A stretch of DNA of 64,000 nucleotides. Origin: Thermoanaerobaculia bacterium. GTDB taxonomy: Bacteria; Acidobacteriota; Thermoanaerobaculia; UBA5066. Of this stretch, positions 8,929 to 17,225 are shown piece by piece (positions within the stretch are counted from its first letter, which is position 1; every line of letters starts with the position of its first letter). The stretch is taken from positions 576,001 through 640,000 of the forward strand of contig CAWFJJ010000024.1 of assembly GCA_963816185.1 (NCBI GenBank), written 5' to 3'. A program made the position numbers and the translations under genes. The notes below the pieces were generated by a model. The model was not told the origin of the DNA, did not search any database, and was given only the letters and a program-made list of their open reading frames with translations.

Positions 8929-9596
8929 TGCCCGCCCTTCCGCCCGGCGTCGTCTTCAGGCCGGAGGGGCCACGAGAAAAGCGCCACGAGGCGTCCGCCG
9001 CGCTCGGTCAGCTCCAGGCGACCGCCATCGGCCTCGACGGCGGCCCGGGCCACGAAGAGAGGCTCGGCATCCTCGATCCCGTGAGGCAGATCGAGGAGCC
9101 GCTCGGGACGTCCATCGGCCGTCACTCGCGACCCCTCGACGGCCAGGGTCACCCGCCCGTTCTCGAGTCCCGCTCGTCCAACCGGCGGGGGAGCGCTTTC
9201 GCCTCGTGCTGCGAACGACGCGACGTTCTGGATGGCCTCGGCCGAAGCCCTGTGCCGCAGCGACAGGTGCGGAACCGCCACGGCTCCTTCGTGGAGCGGA
9301 ACGCCAGCCGCGCGGCAGACGTTGCCGAGAGACGTCTCTCCCGGCCGCTCGCCGGCGATCTCCGCGAGGCGGAGCAGGAGGTCGAGGAGCCGGTTCACCG
9401 TGCCCACATCGGCCTGCACCGCCCGCACCCGCTCCACCACCCACGCGAGATCGACTCCGGACGGTGCCATGAGCCGTCGCTCGACGAGGTCGAGCTTCAG
9501 TGCGGCGCCCGAGAGCGGGTCGGCCATGGCATGCCGGAGAGCGAGCAGGATACGAGCGGCTCCGCCGGCAGGGTCGGAAGGTGACACAGCGTCCAT
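8925..9596 (-). CDS. Degenerate histidine-kinase-like protein (H-box kept, ATP boxes eroded); possible phosphotransferase
   Basis: LRHAMADPLSGA H-box-like; C-terminal LFVARAAVEADGGRLEL resembles the HATPase end but lacks NA, DxG and GxGLG. Overlaps the NtrC start (ATGA). Confidence 0.65.
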   Translation of the reverse strand: MDAVSPSDPAGGAARILLALRHAMADPLSGAALKLDLVERRLMAPSGVDLAWVVERVRAVQADVGTVNRLLDLLLRLAEIAGERPGETSLGNVCRAAGVPLHEGAVAVPHLSLRHRASAEAIQNVASFAARGESAPPPVGRAGLENGRVTLAVEGSRVTADGRPERLLDLPHGIEDAEPLFVARAAVEADGGRLELTERGGRLVALFSWPLRPEDDAGRKGGQ

Positions 9597-9662
9597 GTCG
9601 ACGAGCAACGAAGCTAGCACACTCCCGACAGGGAAGGGCCTCGTTCTATTGCGGGCGGCGGA

Positions 9663-10100
9663 TCACGGCGCGAGGTCGACGAGCATGGCGGAGAGCCCTG
9701 CGACGTGCCTCCGCTGCCGCGGGATCAGCTCGAGCTCGACGAGCTCCCGGGCGTCCTCGTCGAGCGAGCCCAGGGAGGCCTCGTACTCGACGAGACCGCG
9801 CTCCTCGACCCCGAGGAGAGCGCTTATGAACTTCTGCCTTTCCAGCACGGCCGATGCGCCGTTACCATCGAAAGCGACGGCGACCGAGGCCTCCCACGGG
9901 TCCGCCTCGAGCACAGGCGCGCCGCCCCGGGCCTGAACCGACCCTTGAAGAACCGCGACCGTGCGCTGGTGCTCGGAAGCGAGCTGCAGGAGATGGTCGC
10001 TCTTGACGACGGCCTTCTTCTTCACGGCGCGTAGGGCCTTCTGATATCCGGCCACCGCGGCGAGCTCGATGCGGAGGAGGGAGTTGAGGCGTTCTATCAC
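9663..10100 (-). CDS. Ferritin-like four-helix protein (DUF2383/PA2169-like)
   Basis: LNSLLRIELAAVAGYQKAL...SEHQR...EERGLVEYE...QRRH. Start placed at GTG 10100, downstream of a sigma-54 promoter. Confidence 0.75.
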   Translation of the reverse strand: MIERLNSLLRIELAAVAGYQKALRAVKKKAVVKSDHLLQLASEHQRTVAVLQGSVQARGGAPVLEADPWEASVAVAFDGNGASAVLERQKFISALLGVEERGLVEYEASLGSLDEDARELVELELIPRQRRHVAGLSAMLVDLAP

Positions 10101-10112
10101 GGACTGGAGAGG

Positions 10113-10128
10113 AGCACACCGCATGCCA
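10113..10128 (-). promoter_or_regulatory. Sigma-54 promoter for the ferritin-like gene (near-leaderless)
   Basis: Minus strand TGGCATGCGGTGTGCT = GG-N10-GC; predicted +1 is about 10102. Confidence 0.6.
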
Positions 10129-10189
10129 GTTTCGGTTGCCAAATATCATTGCTTGTCGCCGCTTTCGTATTCCCTTCTCCGTTCAAAGT

Positions 10190-10226
10190 CGGCACCTCTT
10201 ACCTATGCATTCGGTAAGGCTTGCCG
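10190..10226. promoter_or_regulatory. Paired operator/enhancer, copy C (more degenerate)
   Basis: CGGCA-N5-TACCT at 10190 and CGGTA-N5-TGCCG at 10212 (22-bp spacing). Confidence 0.55.
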
Positions 10227-10411
10227 AGCCGTCCGCTCGAGGTTTCGATCGGGGAGGTCTGCTGTGCGGAGTCTCCCGCGCTTCCACGCGAGAAATCGAA
10301 TGGTCATCCGTAACGTAAGCACGATGGATACCTCCGCGTGGCACGTCGTGCTCCGAGTAAACATTTCAGTTTAGCCGGACCGCTCGTCCTCGTGCGGTCT
10401 GAGATCTCCGC

Positions 10412-10427
10412 TGGCACGGCCCCTGCT
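10412..10427 (+). promoter_or_regulatory. Sigma-54 promoter
   Basis: TGGCACGGCCCCTGCT = GG-N10-GC, followed by GGAGG and an ATG at 10453. Confidence 0.6.
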
Positions 10428-10600
10428 CCTCACCCTTGGGAGGCATCGACTCATGCACCACTGCCGCGCAGGCGAAGGCCGCCAGGAGCAGAGCAGTCAC
10501 CAGGGCGGTCGGAAGAAAGGAATACCGTCGGGTCTCGCGTGCGCCTCACCGAGCAGACCGGCGATGACAAGGGCCGCCGGGTGACGGTAAAGATCGAAGG

Positions 10601-12121
10601 CTGAGAGATTCATCTCGTGGCGGACGACTCCGCCGGGCGATTCTCCTCGTCGCCGCTGCCGCGGCGCTCGGCTTCCTCTGTCTCCTCGGGGCGACGAACC
10701 TCGTTCTGCGATCGGATTGGCTCTCGGGGCAGATCAACTCGGACCCCGCGACGCTGTTTGTTGTGTATACCGGTGCGCGATCGCTCTTGCCCGGGCGACT
10801 CCGATTCGACACGCTCGTCCTCCGAAGCCGGGACTCGAACGTGGAATGGGAAGCCCGGCTCGAGGGAGTGTCGGTTCGCGTGGGCCTCTTCGACCTTTTG
10901 AGGCGCCGTTTCCGGGCAGCTTCCGTTCGAGCGGACGGCCTCTCGTTCCGGCTCCGGGAGCGTCTCGAGCGGCCCGAGGCGACACCCGCCCGGCTCGCGC
11001 GATATCCCAGCATCGCGGGATTCGTCGAACCGCCCCTCCGCGATCCTCCGGCGCCTCCCGCCCCGCCGGGCGATCCCTGGAGCGTCGTCGTCGACGATCT
11101 GAGCGTCGGTCTCGTGCGCGAGATCTGGATCGACTCTTGGCGGTGGACGGGAACGGCCCGCGTAACTGGGGGGTTCTTCCTCCGTCCCGGCCTCCAGGCC
11201 GAGGTGCTTCCGAGCGAGCTCGCCGCCTCACGGGGCACGCTGCACTGGGGAGAGGAGACCGTCTCGCGCGAAACGACCGGGAGCGTGCGCGCGGTGCTTC
11301 CGCGGTTCGATACGCAGGCATACCCGGGCAACGCCGTCTGGAAAATCATGTCGGGGGCGGCGTCCCTCCGCGGCACGCTCGACGGACTCGCGTTTCTCGC
11401 ACCCGCGGGCGGCGGCCCGCATCTCGCGCCCGGCGGGACTGGGGCCGTTCGCGCGCGCGTTGCCCTGCAAGGCGGGCGGGGAAGCGCCCGGCTCGACGCG
11501 GAGGCTTCGGCCGTCGCCGTGAAGCTTGGAAAGCGGATGGTGCGGGGCGCGGCCCGGGCAAGTGTTTTCGCACGCCGGATCGATTTCCCGGCCTGGAGCG
11601 TGGCGTTCGACGGGACGCGCGTCAGAGTGAAGGATGTCTCGCTCGAGGGCGCGGCCGGCGCGCCATGGAGCGGCGTACTCGAAGCGCGACAGGCCCGCCT
11701 CGGGATCAAGGACGGGTCTTTGGACGCGCATCTCTCGGCGCGACTGGGAGACGGCCGGCCGCTCGTGGCCCTGGTGCCCTCCGGCCCGCCGAAGTGGATC
11801 GCGTTGGGCCTTCTCGATCTCAGAGACTTCGAGGCGTCGGGCCACCTGCGCGCGTCGCGGGGTTTCCTCGCGCTCGCGCCGGCCCACGCGGAAGCCGGGA
11901 CATTCTCGATCGACGCGGACTGGCGCGAGGCCCGTGGCCGCCGGTGGGGAGCCCTTCTCGTCCGCAAGGGCGCGCTCTCCCTCGGGCTCGGTCTCGGAGA
12001 GAACGGGACGTCGCTACAACTCGCACGTGCCACGGACTGGTTTGCGGAGGAAGCCCGACCCGGGGGGCTCCGGACGGATCAGCCGCGAGGATCGGAGGGA
12101 CCCGTGAGGCTGAGAAGGTAG
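10601..12121 (+). CDS. Membrane-anchored beta-rich hypothetical protein (AsmA/TamB-like appearance); start uncertain
   Basis: The frame of ORF 10763..12121 is open from 10568 and encodes an N-terminal anchor RLRRAILLVAAAAALGFLCLLGATNLVL. No ATG/GTG/TTG precedes it; CTG at 10601 is the candidate start. Confidence 0.55.
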   Translation: MRDSSRGGRLRRAILLVAAAAALGFLCLLGATNLVLRSDWLSGQINSDPATLFVVYTGARSLLPGRLRFDTLVLRSRDSNVEWEARLEGVSVRVGLFDLLRRRFRAASVRADGLSFRLRERLERPEATPARLARYPSIAGFVEPPLRDPPAPPAPPGDPWSVVVDDLSVGLVREIWIDSWRWTGTARVTGGFFLRPGLQAEVLPSELAASRGTLHWGEETVSRETTGSVRAVLPRFDTQAYPGNAVWKIMSGAASLRGTLDGLAFLAPAGGGPHLAPGGTGAVRARVALQGGRGSARLDAEASAVAVKLGKRMVRGAARASVFARRIDFPAWSVAFDGTRVRVKDVSLEGAAGAPWSGVLEARQARLGIKDGSLDAHLSARLGDGRPLVALVPSGPPKWIALGLLDLRDFEASGHLRASRGFLALAPAHAEAGTFSIDADWREARGRRWGALLVRKGALSLGLGLGENGTSLQLARATDWFAEEARPGGLRTDQPRGSEGPVRLRR

Positions 12122-12154
12122 CCGGGAATAGATCTTGCTGACACGGTTTTCCGA

Positions 12155-12934
12155 GTGAAGCGACGCGCGGTTGCCGCAATCTTTCTGGCCAGCCTCCTTG
12201 TCCCCGGCGCTCTGTGTTCCGAAACGGTCGCCGTGCGCCACGCGGAAGGACTCGTCCATGGCTTCCTCGTTCTCCGGTCGCTCGACGGCGTCTCGCTTGC
12301 GAGCGGGGACCTCATCCAGACATCCCGTGGCGACCGCGTTACGAGCCGCCTGGTCTTTCATTTCAAAGACGGCTCGATCCAGGACGAGACGGCGGTCTTC
12401 ACGCAGAGCGGACGGTTCCGGCTTCTGACCGATCACATGTTCCAGCGCGGCCCGACTTTTCCACACCCAATGGAGGTCTCGATCGACGCGGTGGGCGGAC
12501 GGGTGACGATCCGATATCGAGAAGACGACGGCAAAGAGAAGACCGCCGAGGAGCAGATGTCTCTGCCCGAGGACCTGGCCAACGGAATCCAGCTGACGCT
12601 CTTGAAGAACATCGCACCCGATGCCGTGTCGACAGAGGTGTCGATGCTCGTGGCGACACCGAAGCCGCGACTGGTGAAGCTCTTGATCACTCCGGCGGGG
12701 GAGGACTCGTTCTCCGCCGGCGGTGCCTCGCACAAGACGGTCCGTTTCAACGTCAAGGTCGAGCTCGGCGGCCTCGTGGGTCTGATCGCACCGCTAATCG
12801 GCAAGCAGCCGCACGACACGTCCGTCTGGATCCTCGGCGGGGAAGCTCCCGGCTTCGTGAAGTCGGAGGGGCCGATGTATCAGGGCGGCCCACTTTGGCG
12901 GATCGAGCTGGCGTCTCCCTTCTGGCCGCGGTGA
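12155..12934 (+). CDS. Secreted hypothetical protein
   Basis: Signal peptide MKRRAVAAIFLASLLVPGALC; coherent globular sequence with genome-typical codon usage. Confidence 0.7.
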   Translation: MKRRAVAAIFLASLLVPGALCSETVAVRHAEGLVHGFLVLRSLDGVSLASGDLIQTSRGDRVTSRLVFHFKDGSIQDETAVFTQSGRFRLLTDHMFQRGPTFPHPMEVSIDAVGGRVTIRYREDDGKEKTAEEQMSLPEDLANGIQLTLLKNIAPDAVSTEVSMLVATPKPRLVKLLITPAGEDSFSAGGASHKTVRFNVKVELGGLVGLIAPLIGKQPHDTSVWILGGEAPGFVKSEGPMYQGGPLWRIELASPFWPR

Positions 12935-12979
12935 GAGGGCTGGGCGGTAGCCTCGGCCGGGAGGGGTACTCTTGAAATC

Positions 12980-14284
12980 GTGAGAGCCTCCGAACCCCGA
13001 CGCCCGAAGAAGCGGCACGTCTTCGCGATCATCCTCGTTTCGGTCGCGGCGGGTTACGCGTTCGCCATCACCATCGCGAAGGCGGGCGCTCCGAAGCAGA
13101 CCGCCTACGAGCTGCCTCACGACTTCACGTTGAACGCGCCGACGTTCCTGCCGTCGGCGCTGCCCGGCGCGGTGCTGACGTCCGGCAACCGCCTCGACCT
13201 TCTCGAGAACGGCGACGCGATCTTTCCCGCCATGGTCGCGGCCATCTCCTCCGCCCGGAAGACGGTGAACTTCGAGGCCTACATCTTCTGGTCGGACGAG
13301 GTCGGCACGCGTTTCCGCGACGCGCTCGCCGAACGGGCCGCGCACGGCGTCGCGGTCCGCGTCCTCCTCGACGCGGTCGGTTCCTCGGGCAAGCGCCTGA
13401 AGGCCGGCGACGTCGAAGTCCTGCGCCAGGCCGGCTGCCACGTGGAATTCTTCCATTCGTTGAAGCCCTGGATGCTCTGGGTCTTCAACCATCGCAACCA
13501 CCGACGGATTCTCGTGGTGGACGGCACGCTCGGATTCACCGGCGGCGTCGGATTTGCCGATTCATGGCGAGGCAACGCCGATTCGAAGGACCATTGGCGC
13601 GACACGCAGCTGCGGGTGGAAGGGCCCGCCGCCCGCGGTCTCCAGCGCGCGTTCCAGGAGAACTGGTCGGAGGTGACGGGCGAGGCGCTCGTCGGCGACG
13701 AGTTTTTTCCCGTGCTTGAACAGGCCGGTACGAGCGCCGTCGCCGTCGTACCTTCCTCGCCTCTCGCGGCGATGTCGGGGGCGGGCCGCGTATACGCGAT
13801 CTCGCTCGCCGCCGCCGCGAGGGAGATCTGGATCGCGAACTCCTACTTCCTTCCGGACGAAGCGACTTCCGGTGTCTTGGTCGCCGCCGTGAAGAGGGGC
13901 GTGGACGTGCGGGTGATCGTTCCCTCGGATCGGCAGAACGACGTGCCGGCGACGAAGGCGGGGGGGCGCTCGTCCTTCGGACCGCTCCTCGCGGGTGGCG
14001 TGAAGATTTTCGAATATCAGCCAACGATGTTCCACCTGAAGACGATGGTCGTGGACGGAGTCTTCTCCACGGTGGGATCGGCGAACTTCGACGAGCGGTC
14101 CTTCCACCTGAACGAGGAGATCAATCTGTTCGTCTACGACGGCGAGTTCGCGGGGCGAATGAGGGAGACCTACCTTCGGGATCTGTCGCGCTGCCGTCCC
14201 TATACGTACGCGATGTGGAGGAGCCGTTCCCTCATAAAAAGAGTGACGGAGTGGCTCGTCGCGCCTTTCCGATCAGAGCTCTAG
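12980..14284 (+). CDS. cls: Phospholipase D / cardiolipin synthase (ClsB-like)
   Basis: Two HKD-type motifs (NHRRILVVDG, FHLKTMVVDG), WRDT, GSANFD. Confidence 0.88.
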   Translation: MRASEPRRPKKRHVFAIILVSVAAGYAFAITIAKAGAPKQTAYELPHDFTLNAPTFLPSALPGAVLTSGNRLDLLENGDAIFPAMVAAISSARKTVNFEAYIFWSDEVGTRFRDALAERAAHGVAVRVLLDAVGSSGKRLKAGDVEVLRQAGCHVEFFHSLKPWMLWVFNHRNHRRILVVDGTLGFTGGVGFADSWRGNADSKDHWRDTQLRVEGPAARGLQRAFQENWSEVTGEALVGDEFFPVLEQAGTSAVAVVPSSPLAAMSGAGRVYAISLAAAAREIWIANSYFLPDEATSGVLVAAVKRGVDVRVIVPSDRQNDVPATKAGGRSSFGPLLAGGVKIFEYQPTMFHLKTMVVDGVFSTVGSANFDERSFHLNEEINLFVYDGEFAGRMRETYLRDLSRCRPYTYAMWRSRSLIKRVTEWLVAPFRSEL

Positions 14285-14359
14285 AGAGCACAACCATTTA
14301 TTAATGAATGATTACACTCCAGCGAGTCCAGAATATCTCTACGTTGATATAAAATAAAG

Positions 14360-14388
14360 TTGACAATATCAAACTAAGATCCTATACT
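14360..14388 (+). promoter_or_regulatory. Consensus sigma-70 promoter for Hsp20
   Basis: TTGACA (14360-65), 17-nt spacer, TATACT (14383-88), within a strongly AT-rich patch. Confidence 0.85.
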
Positions 14389-14460
14389 ACGTGGGTAGGC
14401 GAAAATCCCACCTAGGATTGGTTCGTCCGGAAGACAAAGTCTTCGGAAGGTAGACCTCAA

Positions 14461-14925
14461 ATGTTAGTCAGATGGAATCACCCTTTCCTCGAAGCCCAGC
14501 GCCAGAACCAGATGTTCAATGAAGGCTTTGGCCCGCGGGGCCGTGAGGAGGAAGTCGCGGCAGCGTGGGCTCCTCCAGTCGACATCGTCGAGACACCGGA
14601 GGCCCTGAACTTCATCGTCGAGCTCCCGGGTTTCAAGAACGAGGACCTGACCCTGAGGGTGGAGAACGGGGTTCTGACGCTCGAGGGCGAGAGGACGTTC
14701 GAGGCCGAGACGAAGGAGAGGAACTACCATCGCGTCGAGCGTTCGTACGGCAAGTTCGTGCGGGGCTTCACGCTTCCGAGCAACATGAATGCGGAAAAGG
14801 TCCAGGCGAACCTGACGGACGGCGTCCTTCTCATCACGCTGCCGAAGAAGGAAGAGACGAAGCCGAAGACGATCCAGATCGGCGCTGGAGTCCCGAAGCA
14901 CATCGCCATCCGCAAGGCAGCCTGA
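14461..14925 (+). CDS. Hsp20/alpha-crystallin small heat-shock protein
   Basis: WAPPVDIVE...ELPG...ERSYGKFVRGFTLP...ANLTDGVLLITLPK...IQI. Confidence 0.95.
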   Translation: MLVRWNHPFLEAQRQNQMFNEGFGPRGREEEVAAAWAPPVDIVETPEALNFIVELPGFKNEDLTLRVENGVLTLEGERTFEAETKERNYHRVERSYGKFVRGFTLPSNMNAEKVQANLTDGVLLITLPKKEETKPKTIQIGAGVPKHIAIRKAA

Positions 14926-14943
14926 GTTCTCGAGGTCCCCGGA

Positions 14944-14971
14944 AAGAGAGGCGGCGAGAGCCGCCTCTCTT
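14944..14971 (+). terminator. Hairpin terminator after Hsp20
   Basis: AAGAGAGGCGGC-GAGA-GCCGCCTCTCTT, a perfect 12-bp stem. Confidence 0.75.
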
Positions 14972-15003
14972 CGTTCTGCGACTGTCTCGATATAGTCAGG
15001 ACG

Positions 15004-16002
15004 ATGCGGAAGCGGGAGACGCCTGACGCCAGCCCGGCGATGTCTGGTCAGGATGCGCCGCGCGGCCGCAGGAAATGGGTCACCCACGGGTTGTCGAACC
15101 GCGTTGTGTACGGGGGACTCCATTACGGTGCCCGCTGGCTCCCTCTGCCCGTCCTCCACGGCATCTCACTCTTCGGCAACAGCCTCGCGGTCACCTTCAT
15201 GCATGAGACGCTCGAGGGCATCCGCGAGAACTACCGCCTCGCGCTCGGCCTTCCGGAGCGGGAGGCGCGGCGTCTGGCGCGCCGCCTTTTTTTCGAATAC
15301 GGCAAGTCGGTGATCGACGTCTGGCGCCTCCGGAGTGAAGCCTTCGTCCCGAAGATCACATCGTTCGAGGCGGACGGCGCGGTGCTCGCCGGGGTCCGGA
15401 AGAACGGCCGCGGCTTCCTTCTCGTGACCGGGCACGTCGGAAACTGGGAGATGGGCGCCGTGACGCTGCGCGGCCACGCCCTGACACCGGCCGTCGTCGG
15501 CCAGCCGGAGCTCGATCCGGACGTCGAGGCCATGCGCCTGAGCCTGAGGACGCGCCTCGGAGTCGAGTCGATCGACATCGGCTCGTCCACCGGCACGGCC
15601 TTTCGCGTGCGCGCGGCAGTCGAGGCGGGACGGGCGGTGGCGCTCCTCGTGGACCGCGCCTACCCGGAGGACCAGGTCGTCGTTCCCTACTTCGGGCGCC
15701 CCACGCCTTTTCTCCGCTCGCCGGCCCTCCTCGCCCGATTCTGCAAGTGCGAGATCCTCCCCGGCTTCTTCCTTCGCAGCCCCGACGGCTCCTACTTCAA
15801 CGTCTGGGGGGCTCCGGTCGCAGCGGACGAAAGGCTCTCTCCCGAGGCGGATGCGCGCCGCATCATGAGCCGCGTCGCCGCCGATCTGGAAGCCGTCGTG
15901 CGCGCGCACCCGACGCAGTGGTTCAACTTCTACCGGTTCTGGAAGGACGGGGGCGCTTCGGAAGAAGCGGCGCGGGCCGACGGGCGCGTCCACGCGCCGT
16001 AG
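15004..16002 (+). CDS. Lipid A/lysophospholipid acyltransferase (LpxL family)
   Basis: TGHVGNWE, ALLVDR and PTQWFNFYRFW motifs. Confidence 0.9.
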   Translation: MRKRETPDASPAMSGQDAPRGRRKWVTHGLSNRVVYGGLHYGARWLPLPVLHGISLFGNSLAVTFMHETLEGIRENYRLALGLPEREARRLARRLFFEYGKSVIDVWRLRSEAFVPKITSFEADGAVLAGVRKNGRGFLLVTGHVGNWEMGAVTLRGHALTPAVVGQPELDPDVEAMRLSLRTRLGVESIDIGSSTGTAFRVRAAVEAGRAVALLVDRAYPEDQVVVPYFGRPTPFLRSPALLARFCKCEILPGFFLRSPDGSYFNVWGAPVAADERLSPEADARRIMSRVAADLEAVVRAHPTQWFNFYRFWKDGGASEEAARADGRVHAP

Positions 16003-17225
16003 ACCCAGTTGCCGCAGCACCGGCTGCAGATGGGGAGCGGCTCTTTCGCGAGCTTCTCGCGGAAGCGTCCGGCGCGCTCGCCTGTCCAGATCTCCCGGAA
16101 CGGCGTCTTCCTCACGTTGCCGATGAAGTAGTCGGGAAAGTCACCGCAGAAGCAGACCTGGCCGTCCGGCTCGACCTGGGCGAAATACCAGGCCACGGGG
16201 CAGAGGTTGTGGCCGAAGGTTTTGCCTGCATCGGCGAAATAGTCGGGCACGCTTTCCGCAGGTACATCGGGCACGAACGAGATCCAGGGGCGGCCTCGCG
16301 CGGAGTCGAGAAAGCGCCGGCGGCGGAGGCCCTTCAGGAGCTTGACGAGCTGGGTCAGCTGACGCCCTTTCGTGACGGCGAAGTCCCCGCCGTCGAACTC
16401 GAATCCCTTCCAGGAGCTGCCCGAGACGCCGAACGTCTCGGACATCACCCTCTCGTACTCCGCGCCGGTGTCCTTCGACACGAACCAGCGAAGCCCGATG
16501 TTGACCGTGTCGAGCGGAAGGCTCTGGAGTGCCTCGAGCGCCGGCGCGATGTCTTCCAGGTTGAGCTCGGTGATCGGCAGGATCGCAAGGAGCATCGGCG
16601 CCGCGGACCCGAGCTCGTCGCGCACGCGCGCCACGGCCCTCACGCCGGCCGCGGCGCGCGCGAAGCTGCCGGCTTGTCCCCGGATCCGATCGTGAACGTC
16701 GGGCACGCCGTCGATGGAGACCATGATCGAGTCCACGCCGGCCTCGACGAGGTCGCGGGCCATCTCCTCGAGCCGCCAGCCGTTCGTGATGAGCGAGCAC
16801 GTCAGGCCGCGCCCCTTCACCTCCCGGACGAGAGGCAGGACGTCGGGATAGAGCAGCGGTTCGCCGCCGAACAGACTGATGATGGGCCGCGAGGGCGCGA
16901 GCTCGTCGAGGAGGCGAACGTAGTCGGAGAGAGCCATCTGGCGGTTCAATCCGATCAGCTCGCGAATCCGGTTTCTCTCTTTTTCACCATCGGTCGCGGT
17001 GGACGCGCCGAGCGCGCGGAAGATGCCTGTGTCTCCCCACTGTCCGCACATCTTGCAGCGGAGGTTGCAGAGGTTCGTGACGCGGAGCTGTACGAACGTC
17101 GGCATCGGGAGGTTGCCGGGGGCTGAAGCGGAAAGGTGGTCCATCACCTCGCGGCGTCCCTGGCTCATGCGGCCCAGGTGGCGACGCGCGAAACCCGCCA
17201 GCTTCAGACCTCGCCGAAAGCTCAC
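15930..17225 (-). CDS. Radical SAM protein with SPASM/twitch domain
   Basis: CNLRCKMC, GGEPL, SIDG...HDRIRG; C-terminal CPVAW...DGQVCFC...IGNV...CSRCC. GTG start overlaps the upstream stop. Confidence 0.9.
   Translation of the reverse strand: MSFRRGLKLAGFARRHLGRMSQGRREVMDHLSASAPGNLPMPTFVQLRVTNLCNLRCKMCGQWGDTGIFRALGASTATDGEKERNRIRELIGLNRQMALSDYVRLLDELAPSRPIISLFGGEPLLYPDVLPLVREVKGRGLTCSLITNGWRLEEMARDLVEAGVDSIMVSIDGVPDVHDRIRGQAGSFARAAAGVRAVARVRDELGSAAPMLLAILPITELNLEDIAPALEALQSLPLDTVNIGLRWFVSKDTGAEYERVMSETFGVSGSSWKGFEFDGGDFAVTKGRQLTQLVKLLKGLRRRRFLDSARGRPWISFVPDVPAESVPDYFADAGKTFGHNLCPVAWYFAQVEPDGQVCFCGDFPDYFIGNVRKTPFREIWTGERAGRFREKLAKEPLPICSRCCGNWVYGAWTRPSARAASSEAPPSFQNR

Noticed and set aside
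14310-14333. TTACACTC-cagc-GAGTCCAGAA as a CIRCE element
   Set aside because: The spacer is 4 nt rather than 9 and the arms mismatch TTAGCACTC-N9-GAGTGCTAA.
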